64,000 bases of DNA from Malacoraja senta (GCA_038087875.1 CM075998.1:684001-748000); one strand, 5' to 3'; counted from the stretch's first letter, positions 12,219 through 24,126 are shown. Notes: generated by a model not told the origin, from the letters alone. A program made the numbers and translations.

Positions 12219-12552
12219 CTTGCGTCATCCCTTGACAGCTGGATTTCCAATCTCCACCAGCTCTGCCAAATTAACTTGTTCCCGACGATGGGCACGTTTT
12301 CCCCTGGGGTGAAAAGATAAACCAATTTGAAGGGGAGAAATGTGTAAGAAGGAACTGCAGATGCTGGTTTAAACCGAAGACCTGAAACGTCACCCATTCC
12401 TTCTCTCCAGAGGCCCAGGGACCGTTGCAGGAGGAGGAACGGCGTCCGGGTAGTGAGTAGTTAAATAGCGTGGGGCTTTGTTTTCCAGAGGCCCAGGGAC
12501 TAAGAGGAAGCAGCTGATTGGGAGTCAGATCCCTGCTGATTTCCTCCACCAG

Positions 12553-12815
12553 TTTGTATTGTATCCAGGGGAAGGCATTGTATTGTATCCAGGGTAAGGC
12601 TTTGTATTGTATCCAGGGTAAGGCTTTGTATTGTATCCAGGGTAAGGCTTTGTATTGTATCCAGGGTAAGGCTTTGTATTGTATCCAGGGTAAGGCTTTG
12701 TATTGTATCCAGGGTAAGGCTTTGTATTGTATCCAGGGTAAGGCTTTGTATTGTATCCAGGGTAAGGCTTTGTTTTGTATCCAGGGTAAGGCTTTGTATT
12801 GTATCCAGGGTAAGG
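12553..12815 (+). repeat. 24-bp tandem repeat, ~11 copies, in the CR1 5' UTR
   Basis: (tttgtattgtatccagggtaaggc)n, nearly perfect. Confidence 0.95.
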
Positions 12816-12822
12816 GGGGAGA

Positions 12823-13758
12823 ATGAGGGCCAGGGCAGTTTACTGTTCTGGATGTCAGATGTGGGAGGTCATGGAGTCTGATACCCCTCCAGACGTCCAC
12901 ATCTGTGTCAGGTGCGTAGAGATGGGGTTCCTAAGGGACCGTGTTAGGAACCTGGAGCAGCAGCTCGATGACCTCTGTCTGATCAGGGAGAGTGAGGAGG
13001 TCATAGAAAGGAGTTATAGGGAGGTGGCCACTCCAAGACCACAGGAGGCAGACAAGTGGGTCACGGTTAGGAGGGGCAAGGGGCAGAGGCAGGGACTAGT
13101 GAGGACCCCAGTGGCTGTACACCATGACAATAAGTAATCCTGTTTGAGTACTGTTGGGGGGGACAGTGTTCCTGGGGGTAGCGACAGCGGCCGGGCCTCC
13201 GGCACAGAGACCGGCCCTGTTGCTCAGAAGGGTAGGGAAAAGAAGAGGAGGGCAATAGTAATAGGGGACTCTATGGTTAGGGGGTCGGATAGGCGATTCT
13301 GTGGACGCAGTCAGGAGACCCGGATGGTAGTTTGCATCCCTGGTGCCAGGGTCAGGGATGTGTCTGAACGCGTCCAAGATATCCTGAAATCTCAGGGAGA
13401 GGAGCCTGAGGTTGTGGTACATATAGGTACCAATGACCTAGGCAGAAAAAGAGAAGAGGTCCTGAAAGGAGAATTTAGGGAGTTGGGAGGAGAGTTAAGG
13501 AGAAGGACCACAAAGGTAACAATCTCAGGATTACTACCTGTGCCATGCGACAGTGAGAGTAGGAATGGAATGAGGTAGAGGATAAATGCGTGGCTGAGGA
13601 ACTGGTGCAGCGGGCAGGGATTCAAATTTCTGGATCATTGGGACCTCTTTTGGGGAAGGTGTGACCTGTACAGAAAGGACGGGTTGCACTTGAACCCGAG
13701 GGGGACCAATATCCTGGCGGGGAGATTTGCAAAGGCTACTAAGGAGACTTTAAACTAG
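12823..13758 (+). pseudogene. CR1 ORF1 (zinc knuckle plus SGNH esterase) with two in-frame stops
   Basis: CSGCQMW...HICVRC, GDSMVR, HIGTND and DGLHL lie in one frame; stops at 13135-13137 and 13576-13578. Confidence 0.88.
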
Positions 13759-13763
13759 AACGG

Positions 13764-16529
13764 TTGCAGGGAGGGACTCAAATAGAGAAAGATAGTAGAG
13801 AATGTGGGAGGCAGGAAGCAGAGAAGGGAAGCACTCGGACCCAAAATGTAGGGGAGAAAGAAGAAAAAGATAATAAACAGAGAATAAGTGGTGGTGGGTT
13901 TCTTAAATGTGTATATTTTAATGCTAGGAGCATTGTAAGAAAGGTGGATGAGCTTAGAGCCTGGATTGACACCTGGAAGTATGATGTTGTGGCGATCAGT
14001 GAAACATGGTTGCAGGAGGGCTGTGATTGGAAACTAAATATTCCAGGATTTCATTGCTTCAGGGGTAATAGAATTGGAGGGGCAAGAGGTGGGGGTGTTG
14101 CATTGCTTGTCAAGGAAGATATTACAGCAGTGCTTTGGCAGGATAGATTAGAGGGCTCGTCTAGGGAGGCTATTTGGGTGGAACTGAGAAATGGGAAAGG
14201 TGTAGCAACACTTATAGGGGTGTATTATAGACCGCCAAATGGGGAGCGAGAATTGGAAGAGCAAATATGTAAAGAGATAGCAGATATTAGTAGTAAGCAC
14301 AAGGTAGTGATTGTGGGAGATTTCAATTTTCCACACATAGACTGGGAAACACATTCTGTAAAAGGGCTGGATGGTTTGGAGTTTGTAAAATGTGTGCAGG
14401 ATAGTTTTTTGCACCAATACATAGAGGTACCTACTAGAGAAGGGGCAGTGCTGGACCTCCTGTTAGGAAATGAGACAGGGCAGGTGGCGGAGGTATGCGT
14501 TGGGGAGCACTTCGGGTCCAGTGATCACAATACCATTAGTTTCAATATAATTATGGAGAGGGTCAGAACTGGACCTAGGGTTGAGATTTTTGATTGGAGA
14601 AAGGCTAACTTTGAGGAGATGCAAAAGGATTTAAAAGGAGTGAATTGGGACATGTTGTTTTATGGGAAGGATGTAGAAGAGAAATGGAGGACATTTAAGG
14701 GTGAAATTTTAAGAGTACAGAATCTTTATGTCCCTGTTCGGTTGAAAGGAAATAGTAAAAATTGGAAAGAGCCATGGTTTTCAAGGGAAATTGGACACTT
14801 GGTTCGGAAAAAGAGAGAGATCTACAATAATTATAGGCAGCATGGAGTAAATGAGGTGCTTGAGGAGTATAAAGAATGTAAAAAGAATATTAAGAAAGAA
14901 ATTAGAAAAGCTAAAAGAAGATATGAGGTTGCTTTGGCAAGTAAGGTGAAAGTAAATCCAAAGGGTTTCTACAGCTATATTAATAGCAAAAGGATAACAA
15001 GGAATAAAATTGGTCCATTAGAGAGTCAGAGTGGACAGCTATCTGCAGAGCCAAAAGAGATGGGGGAGATATTGAACAATTTCTTTTCTTCGGTATTCAC
15101 CAAGGAGAAGGATATGGAATTATGTGAGGTAAGGGAAATAAGCAGAGTAGCAATGGAAACTATGAGATTCAAAGAAGAGGAGGTGCGGACACTTTTGAAA
15201 AATATGAAAACGGATAAGTCGCCAGGTCCTGACAGGATATTCCCTAGGACATTGAGGGAAGTTAGTGTAGAAATAGCAGGGGCTATGACAGAAATATTTC
15301 AAATGTCATTAGAAACGGGAATAGTGCCGGAGGATTGGCGTACTGCGCATGTTGTTCCGTTGTTTAAAAAGGGTTCTAGGAGTAAACCTAGCAATTATAG
15401 ACCTGTTAGTTTGACGTCAGTGGTGGGCAAATTAATGGAAAGGATACTTAAAGATAATATATAAAAGCATCTGGATAAGCAGGGTCTGATTAGGAACAGT
15501 CAACATGGATTTGTGCCTGGAAGGTCATGTTTGACTAATCTTCTTGAATTTTTCGAAGAGGTTACTAGGGAAATTGATGAGGGTAAAGCAGTGGATATTG
15601 TCTATATGGACTTCAGTAAGGCCTTTGACAAGGTTCCTCATGGAAGGTTGGTTAAGAAGATTCAATTGTTGGGTATTAATGGTGGAGTAGCAAGATGGAT
15701 TCAACAGTGGCTGAATGGGAGATGCCAGAGAGTAATGGTGGATGGCTGTTTGTCAGGTTGGAGGCCGGTGACTAGTGGGGTGCCTCAGGGGTCTGTGTTG
15801 GGTCCACTGTTGTTTGTCATGTACATCAATGATCTGGATGATGGTGTGGAAAGTTGGATTAGTAAGTATGCAGATGATACTAAGATAGGTGGTGTTGTGG
15901 ATAATGAAGTAGATTTTCAAAGTCTACAGAGAGATTTAGGCCATTTGGAAGAGTGGGCTGAAAGATGGCAGATGGAGTTTATTGCTGATAAATGTGAGGT
16001 GCTACATCTCGGCAGGACAAATCAAAATAGGACGTACATGGTAAATGGTAGCGAATTGAGGAATGCAGTTGAACAGAGGGATCTAGGAATAACTGTGCAT
16101 AGTTCCCCGAAGGTGGAATCTCATGTAGATAGGGTGGTAAAGAAAGCTTTTGGTGTGCTGGCCTTTATAAATCAGAGCATTGAATATAGAAGGTGGGATG
16201 TAATGTTAAAATTGTACAAGGCATTGGTGAGGCCAATTCTGGAGTATGGAGTACAATTTTGGTCGCCTAATTATAGGAAGGATGTCAACAAAATAGAGAG
16301 AGTACAGAGGAGATTTACTAGAATGTTGCCTGGGTTTCAGCAACTAAGTTACAGAAAAAGGTTGAACAAGTTAGGTCTTTATTCTTTGGAGCGCAGAAGG
16401 TTAAGAGGGGACGTGATAGAGGTCTTTAAAATTATGAGTGGGTTAGACAGAGTGGACGTGGATAAGCTTTTCCCATTGAGAGTAGGGAAGATTCAAACAA
16501 GGGGACATGACTTGAGAATTAAGGGGTAG
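13764..16529 (+). pseudogene. CR1 ORF2 (APE endonuclease plus reverse transcriptase) with premature stops
   Basis: YFNARS, ISETW, GDFN, SDH (endonuclease); NYRPVSL, GVPQGSVLGP, YADD (RT). In-frame TAA at 15462-15464 and TAG at 16527-16529, with homology continuing after the TAG. Confidence 0.93.
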
Positions 16530-17050
16530 AAGTTTAGGGGTAACATTAGGGGGAACTTCTTTACTCAGAGAGTGGTAGCTGTGTGGAATGAGCTTCCAGT
16601 GGAAGTGGAAGTGGTGGAGGCAGGTTCGATTTTATCCTTTAAAAATAGATTGGATGGGTATATGGACGGGAAAGGAATGGAGGGTTATGGTCTGAGTGCA
16701 GGTAGATGGGACTAGGGGGAAGTTAAAAAAAAAAATTTTTTAAGTGTTCCGCACGGACTTGAGGGGCTGAGATGGCCTGTTTCCGTGCTGTTATGGTTAT
16801 ATGGTTATATGGTTATGCTGCCTGTCCCGCTGAGTTACTCCAGCTGTTTGTGTCTATCTTTGAAGGGGAGAAAGACATTTTCAGAAATGCCAGCTGACCC
16901 AAAATGCAAGCAGAAAACATTTTAATTCTCCATCTAATTCCCATCCTGACAATTGGCCTCATCCACTATTCCAACAAAGCCCAACCCAAACTGAGGAACA
17001 GCATCTCATTTTCCATTGAAGAACATAGCAGCCCTCGGAACTTAACTAGT

Positions 17051-17330
17051 TACATAGATACATAGAAAATAGGTGCAGGAGGAGGCCATTCGGCCCTTTG
17101 AGCCAGCACCGCCATTCATTGTGATCATGGCTGATCGTCCCCAATCAATAACCCGTGCCTGCCTTCTCCCCATATCCCTTGACTCCACTAGCCCCTAGAG
17201 CTCTATGTAACTCTCTCTTAAATCCATCCAGTGATTTGGCCTCCACTGCCCTCTGTGGCAGGGAATTCCACAAATTCACAACTCTCTGGGAGAAAAAGTG
17301 TTTTCTCACCTCAGTCTTAAATGGCTTCCC
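17051..17330 (-). mobile_element. CR1 3' fragment
   Basis: catagatacatagaaaataggtgcagg...cacaaattcacaactctctggg, same 3' end as the 35.5-kb CR1. A shorter copy is at ~10108-10281. Confidence 0.8.
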
Positions 17331-17599
17331 ATTGAATTCAACAATTTTAGATAACCATCCTTTCTGTTTGTATCAGAACTGGCCAACGTGGGTTATGTCA
17401 TTCACTTTTAACATGATTCAGTTTCTTTCTCTCCCCGCAGTTACTGCCCGACCTGCTGGGTATTTCCTGCAGTCCCACCTGCGGCCTGAATCTCACAATT
17501 CCAGCATGATTTTTTTATTCTCATCCAGACTGTAATTAAAATCACAAATAAAGAACTGCAGATACTGATGAATACACTAATCAGATACTGATTAATACA

Positions 17600-17900
17600 A
17601 CCTAACTTGACGCTCCCAGGACACAAACCCATCTCGCGATTGGCCAGCACCGCTGTCACACATCCGCCTGCTGTCAGGTTTGACTGACGCATCGCCAGAC
17701 CACGTGCTCCTCACATTGTCCCGCCCACTTCAGATGTAAATGGAGAGGCGCAAAGCTCCAGCTTTTCTATTTTCCCCCTCAGGGTGGGGCTGTTAGACGT
17801 TTCTTTTTCACTTGCACATAAATGTTTTTGCCGTGAAGTTACTTCAGGACGTGGTTGCCTCACCCGTCGCAAAACGCAGCGCCACAGGCAAGGCTTGGAG
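17600..17900. promoter_or_regulatory. CpG-rich promoter-like segment, probably the EEF1AKMT3 promoter/non-coding first exon
   Basis: tctcgcga, CCAAT on the minus strand (gattgg ~17638-17644), tgacg, E-box CACGTG 17701-17706 and GC box cccgccc ~17720, all in non-repeat CpG-rich DNA. Confidence 0.5.
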
Positions 17901-17919
17901 CACAAACCTAACTTCGGTG

Positions 17920-18254
17920 CGTCACGGTGGAGTTGCTGCCTCACAGCACCAGAGACCCGGGTTCGATCCCGACCACGGGTGTTGTCTGTACGGAGTTTGC
18001 ACGTTCTCCCCGTGAGAGACAACGTTCAAAGCTCTTGTCTGTCAGGAGCGAGAATTGACGGAAGAGTGACTGGTTTTGTAAATGAAAAGTTAAACCCCCC
18101 GGGTTTAATCCGGTTGCTCAGGTTTCCTCCCACACTCCAAAGACATTGCTCTGTAAATTGCCTCCAAGTGCATGGGGAATGGATGAGAATGTGGGATGAT
18201 AGACTCAGTGCGTCAAAAAAACCCTGTTTCCATGCTGTACCTCTAAATTAAACT
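17920..18254 (+). mobile_element. tRNA-derived V-SINE (HE1-like)
   Basis: agttgctgcctcacagcaccagagacccgggttcgatcc head, tgtctgtacggagtttgcacgttctccccgtg V-domain, ctaaa tail. Confidence 0.7.
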
Positions 18255-18459
18255 AATAACCAGAGTGCTACCAAAGACCATTGTTCACAGTTGAGGTTCA
18301 AGTGCTGTTCTTGAATCTGGTGGTCACAGTTCCAGGGGCTCCTGCACCTTCTTCCTGATGGTGGGAGTGAAATGAGAGCATGTACAGGGTGGTGTGGGTC
18401 TCTGATGATATTGGCCTCCTTTGGTGAGAGGGGAATGAGGGACACCCTAACATAGAGGT

Positions 18460-18664
18460 GGTGGACAAAAATGCTGGAGAAACTCAGCGGGTGAGGCAGC
18501 GTCTATGGAGCGAAGGAAATAGGCAACGTTTCGGGCCGAAACCCTTCTTCAGACCGAAACGTTGCCTGTTTCCTTCGCTCCATAGATGCTGCCTCACCCG
18601 CTGAGTTTCTCCAGCATTTTTGTCTACCTTCGATTTTCCAGCATCTGCAGTTCCTTCTTAAACA
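18460..18664. mobile_element. Palindromic Penelope-derived element (inverted ~70-bp arms)
   Basis: gacaaaaatgctggagaaactcagcgggtgaggcagc...aggcaacgtttcgg followed by its near-perfect reverse complement. Confidence 0.75.
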
Positions 18665-19510
18665 TCAGAGGAGGTAGTTGAGGCTGTTAAAAATATAGCA
18701 TTTAAACAACATTTGGGCAGGTAAATGGATAGGAAAGATTTAGAGGAATATGGAGCAAACACAGGCAAAGGGGACAAGCTCAGGAAGGCACTTTGGTCAA
18801 CAGCAATGAGTTGGGATGAAGGGCTTGTATCTGTGCTGTATAACCTGATGATCCCACATCCTTCATGTGTATAAACTCTGATACACCCTGCACCCCTCAC
18901 TAACACTGTGTGCACTTTGTTCTGCAGTGCGTATATGCAGGTGTGTGTGGGTGCATCTCTGTTAAAATAGTGCATTCAATCCAGGCACAAAGGCTCCTAA
19001 CAGATGGATAGAGATTCAGGAAGGGGATGGGTAACCACGGTACAGCAGGAGACGGGAAGGATTAGGAAAACTGGCCGGGACCGCCTCAGAACAAACATAC
19101 CGATGGTTTGGTGCCACCATCAGCATTCCCTGTGTGGCTGGTCTGGCAGGTACGCTGCAGTTGAAGAGGTGTTTGTTCAGTTGGAAGGAGACCTTTGACT
19201 CCAGCCCAGTTGGCTGACTCCACACCTTGGCTCCAGAGTTAGTTCTGTTTACCACCAGAGAAAACAGGAAAAAAACACAACATGAAAAAAAGTGTCCACG
19301 TGGCAGCTGGAAAACAAACAGAAATAACTAGGACACCTCTGACCAATAGCAGGACATTGCTCTCCGTTAGATCAGCATGTGAACACGAGGTGTCCAGACA
19401 CTTTAACCCACTTGCCCTTTGTCCACGCAGCATGTGCTGATGACACAATATTCTGAGTCAGCAGAACCATAAAAGTTCAGTGAGCAATAAAACATATCTG
19501 GATGAAGAAA

Positions 19511-19726
19511 TGTTTAAGAAGGAACTGCAGATGCTGGAAAATCGAAGGTAGACAAAAATGCTGGAGAAACTCAGTGGGTGAGGCAGCATCTATGGAGCGA
19601 AGGAAATAGGCAACGTTTCGGGTCGAAACCAGTCTGAAGAAGGGTTTCGACCCGAAACGTTGCCTATTTCCTTTGCTCCATAGATGCTGCCTCACCGCTG
19701 AGTTTCTCCAGCATTTTTGTCTACCT
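19511..19726. mobile_element. Palindromic Penelope-derived element with 14-bp TSD
   Basis: Inverted arms around ctgaagaagggtttcgacccgaaacg; TSD tctggatgaagaaa at 19497-19510 and 19727-19740. Confidence 0.8.
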
Positions 19727-19779
19727 TCTGGATGAAGAAACATGGCCAATACTGTTAGCACAGGATCAAAAGAGATCCC

Positions 19780-19953
19780 CACTACGGGAGGGGCAGTGTG
19801 TTGTGGGAGGGGCAGTACTGATGGAGTGCCGCACTGTGGGAGGGGCAGTCATGATGGAGCGCCACACTGTGGGAGGGGAGATTAAGAGGGAGCGCCGGAC
19901 TGTGAGAGGGGCAGTACTGAGGGAATGCCATGCCACAGGACGGGCAGTGCTGA
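19780..19953 (+). repeat. Degenerate 33-bp tandem repeat, ~5 copies
   Basis: tgtgggaggggcagtactgatggagtgccgcac-like unit at 19802, 19835, 19868 and 19901. Confidence 0.8.
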
Positions 19954-20944
19954 TTTCAGCCCCTGAGGAGTATTTGTGACCCAGATGAGTTTTTACAACA
20001 ACCCTGTAGCTCTACAGCTCACCCCCTGCATGACACACTGATCAACCTGAGGAGCACCTTCAACAACAGACTGGTTCCACCAAGATGCAGCACGGAACGC
20101 CACAGGAGACCCTTCTTCCCTGTGAGCCATCAAACTGTACAACTCTCCCCATTCTGTCGTGGAGATGGAGACTGCCCCCCCCCCCCCTCCCCCCCAATCT
20201 GCACATCCTTAATCCTTTCCACTCGTCACTTTAATTTCATGTTTCATGTATTTTGTGTTCTTATGACGGACTGTTGGCAGATTAATTTTCCTCCTGGGAT
20301 AAGTAAAGTTCTATCGTATTTAAAGTTGTGTTCCTGAAACTACTTTTTAGACTGATCCCAGATTATTGAATTCAAATTTCCCAGCAGCCACGATTCAAGT
20401 TGAACGTGTTTCTGAAATCATGCTCCAGTTTCTGCCCACTGGTCCAGCAACAAGATAACCAGTGGCGAGATGCCGATTGAAGGATAAATTGCAGACAGGG
20501 CGAGTTCTCCCAATCGTCTTCATGTTGTTGGCCTGCATCACCATATTCAGCTGAGAGGACAGCATTGACATTGGTGAACAACCTCTCTGAAAGATGACAC
20601 CTCCAAAGATGCAACATTCCCTCCATCTTGCCCTGAGTGTTGCCAGCATTTACAGGGGCTTCCAAGAGTGTGTTGATGTTCACAGGGTATCCTCAGGATT
20701 GCATCAGTATTAATAGGGTGCTTAGTGAGTACATTGGCATTCACAGAAGTGTGCTGCCAATAGGTCGTCTGTATTTAAAGTGACTCTCCAGGACAAGTGT
20801 CAGTATTTACTGTGAGTCCTGGCCAGAAACGTGTTCATATTGGTAAGGAGTTGTATTCCAGTGTGTGTGTATGAGACAGCGCTCATTGTGTACGTGCTAG
20901 TAGTTACAGGATTGCCTGAGGAGTTGTCACTATTTACTAGGGAT

Positions 20945-22731
20945 CAAGTCAAGAGTGAAGTCAAGAGAGTTTATTGTCATGTGTCCCAGATAGGACAATG
21001 AAATTCTTGCTTGCTGCAGCGCAACAGAGTATTGTAAGCATAAATACAGAACAGTTCAGTGTGTCTATATAGCATAGACCATATATATACACACATAAAT
21101 AAACAGATAAAGTGCAATAGGCTGTTATAGTTCAAGGTTTGTTTGATGGCGAGTTTAATAGCCTGTTGGCTGTGGGGAAGAAGCTGTTCGTGAACCTGGA
21201 TGTACCAGATTTCAGGCTCCTGTATCTTCTACCTGATGGCAGCGGAGATACGAGTGTGTGGCCAGGATGGTGTGGCTCCTTGATGATGTTGGCAGCCTTT
21301 TTGAGGCAGCAACTGCGATAGATCCCTTCGACGGTGGGGAGGTCAGAGCCGATGATGGACTGGGCAGTGGTCACAACTTTATGCATTCTTTTCCGCTCCT
21401 GGACGCTCAAGTTGCTGAACCAAGCCACGATGCAACCAGTCAGCATGCTCTCTACTGTGCACCTGTTGAAGTTCGAGAGAGTCCTCTTTGACATACTGAC
21501 TCTCCGTAATCTTCTCAGGAAGTAGAGGCGCTGATGTGCTTTCTTTATAATTGCATCAGTGTGCTGGGACCAGGAAAGATCTTCGGAAATATGCACGCCC
21601 AGGAATTTGAAGTTCTTGACCCTTTCCACCATCGTCCCGTAGATATAAATGGGATTATGTGTCCCTATCCTACCCCTTCCAAAGTCCACAATCAGTTCCT
21701 TGGTTTTGCTGGTGTTGAGAGCCAGGTTATTGTGCTGGCACCATTTGGTCAATCGGTCGATCTCACTTCTATACTCTGACTCGTCACCATCAGTGATTCG
21801 TCCCACAACAGTGGTGTCGTCGGCGAACTTGATGATGGAGTTCGCACTATGTCCAGCTACACAATCATGAGTATAGAGTGAGTACAGCAGGGGGCTGAGC
21901 ACACAGCCTTGAGGTGCTCCCGTGCTGATTGTTATCGAGGATGACACATTTCCACCAATATGGACAGACTGTGGTCTGTGGATGAGGAAGTCGAGTATCC
22001 AATTGCAGAGGGATACACAGAGACCCAGATCTGAGAGCTTGGTAACCAGCTTGGAAGGGATGATGGTGTTAAACGCCGAGCTGTAGCCAATGAATAACAG
22101 CCTGACATGAGTTTCTGTTGTCCAAGTGGTCCAGAGCGGAGTGGAGAGCCAGTGAGATCGCATCCACTGTTGATCTGTTGTGGCGGTAAGCAAACTGCAG
22201 TGGGTCGAGGATCTTGTCGAGGTAGGAGTTGATATGCGCCATGATCAACCTCTCAAAGCACTTCATCACCACCGACGTTAGTGCCACTGGTCGATAGTCA
22301 TTGAGGCACGTCACCTTACTCTTCTTGGGCACCGGTATTGATGCCCTTTTAAAGCAGGTGGGAACCTCAGAAGTGAGAGGTTGAAAATATCCGTAAAAAC
22401 TCCAGCCAGTTGGTCCGCACAGGTTTTTAGAACACGGCCGGGTATACCATCAGGTCCAGGCGCTTTCCGAGGGTTCACCCCCCTGAAGGATCTTCTGACG
22501 TCGGCCTCTGTGACTGAGACTGAAATACCATCACGGCGAATGGGGCTCGGGAAGGCACATCGGTGTTTTCCCTATCAAAGCGTGCGTAGAACGCATTGAG
22601 CTCATCAGGGAGGGATGCTTCGCTGACATTTGTGCTGCCTCCTGATTTCGCCTTGTAGGAGGTGATGGCATTCAAGCCCTGCCACAGTTGCCGAACATCC
22701 GTCTCATCCTCCAGCTTGGAGCAGAAGTCCC
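20945..22731 (-). mobile_element. Rex1/Babar-clade LINE, 5'-truncated, frameshifted RT
   Basis: [68 protein letters not shown] and SLPDELNAFYARFD spread over shifted frames. Confidence 0.9.
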
Positions 22732-24126
22732 TAGATCTAAGTATCTACAGAGGGTGCCTTGAAGAACATCACCATTTATGGGGGATCGTTCATGTATGGC
22801 GTTTTAAAGCATACACTGGAGCAGAGTGAGCGATGCCTTCACCGAGGGTGCAATGAGGGAGATGGATGAACACTGCAACCTGTATCCCAATCACATCCAC
22901 TCCAGATAAAACATTTTTGTTATTAGTGAACAGCCACACTGCAAAAAGATAATGATTTGACACCATTTTTTTAATCTGTTACCAATACAAATAACAAAAA
23001 GAGCAGAATTTCAAAATAATGATCATTACCCACAAAGACCAATGGAAAAAATCTTGATGAGTTGCTCAGAGCTGAACTCCAAAATGTAGAAAATAAATGA
23101 AGGCCATCAGTGAAGAGGAGATACAAAATTGACAGGAATTCAGCACTGACCACATACCTGTATCACAACAGTGACTACAGCCACAGCACTCACTGCAGAA
23201 CACATTGGGGCACCCTGAAAGGGATGTGGAGGTGCTTTGGAAAAGCAAATCTGTTTCTCTTTCTTAATTCGGGTGAATTTTCACCACTGCTTGAACTGTG
23301 TAACAAAGTGCTTTAAAAAAAAAGCTGTATGTACCAATACATTCAGTGGATTTATTCACCACCTTGTCTTTAGCTTCTGGTAATGTGTCCATCTTTGCTT
23401 TTCCGAGATCACCACTTCTGCCGTTTCATTTCAGGTTCCTGGAGTTCAGGAGCATTTGCAGACAAAAATGCCTGCTTTATCTTAATTAACCCATTTACCA
23501 AACATGATGCCTAGATAAACAAATCTCCACTGCCTGTATGTGATCCATATCCCACTATTCCCTGCATATCCATGTTCCTATCTAAAAGCAACTTAAACAC
23601 TGCTATCGTATCTGCCTCCACCACCACCACCACCACTCCAAGCAGCACATTCCAGGCACCCTCTGTAAAAGACATCCCCCCACATCTCCTAAAAAAATTG
23701 TTCCTCTAACCTTAAAGTTACATCCTCTAGTCCTTGACACTTCCACCCTATGGGGAAATGACCTATGATTTTCCAAAGCTCTCTTGATTTGGGAACCATT
23801 TCTTCAGGTTGGACAATTGTGCATTCACTCTGTTTAAGGAAGGTGAGAGAGGGAATGCAGACCAATACACTGTTGGGGAAGTTACTGGAGTCCACAAACA
23901 TGTCTGGAGTGATTGACTGAACACCAAGCTCTTCAGATTTGGCAAAGCTGATAACGGGTTTTTTTGAAGTGGTGATGAGCCAGGGGAATGTCTGTAGCTG
24001 CTTTAAGGACTTCCAGACAGCACTTGGTAAAGTCCCAGAAAAAATCTTATTGGCCAGAGTTAAAGCTGGGATCAGCGGGTTTGTGTTCTCTCATCGTGGT
24101 ACTGGAGCTGTTCACTGTACACCCGT

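Larger units (their letters stand above)
12413..16814 (+). mobile_element. Near full-length CR1 LINE (~4.4 kb), inactivated by nonsense codons
   Basis: 5' UTR, ORF1 (Cys knuckle, coiled coil, SGNH esterase), ORF2 (APE endonuclease plus RT), 3' (ATGGTTAT)n tail. Confidence 0.95.
12341..16858. mobile_element. Penelope-derived short element (12341-12412 plus 16815-16858) split by a CR1 insertion; 15-bp TSD
   Basis: tttgaaggggagaaa at 12326-12340 and 16859-16873. The host halves rejoin as ...ttctctccagag|atgctgcctgtcccgctgagttactcc, the sequence seen in other copies in this window. Confidence 0.8.

Noticed and set aside
12271..12900. 209-aa (ALPWIQYK)n ORF, and the array as a possible CRISPR
   Set aside because: By-product of the 24-bp tandem repeat; no spacers and a eukaryotic context.
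20372..20744. Overlapping short ORFs, possibly a decayed LINE fragment
   Set aside because: No motif I could confirm, so I did not call it.
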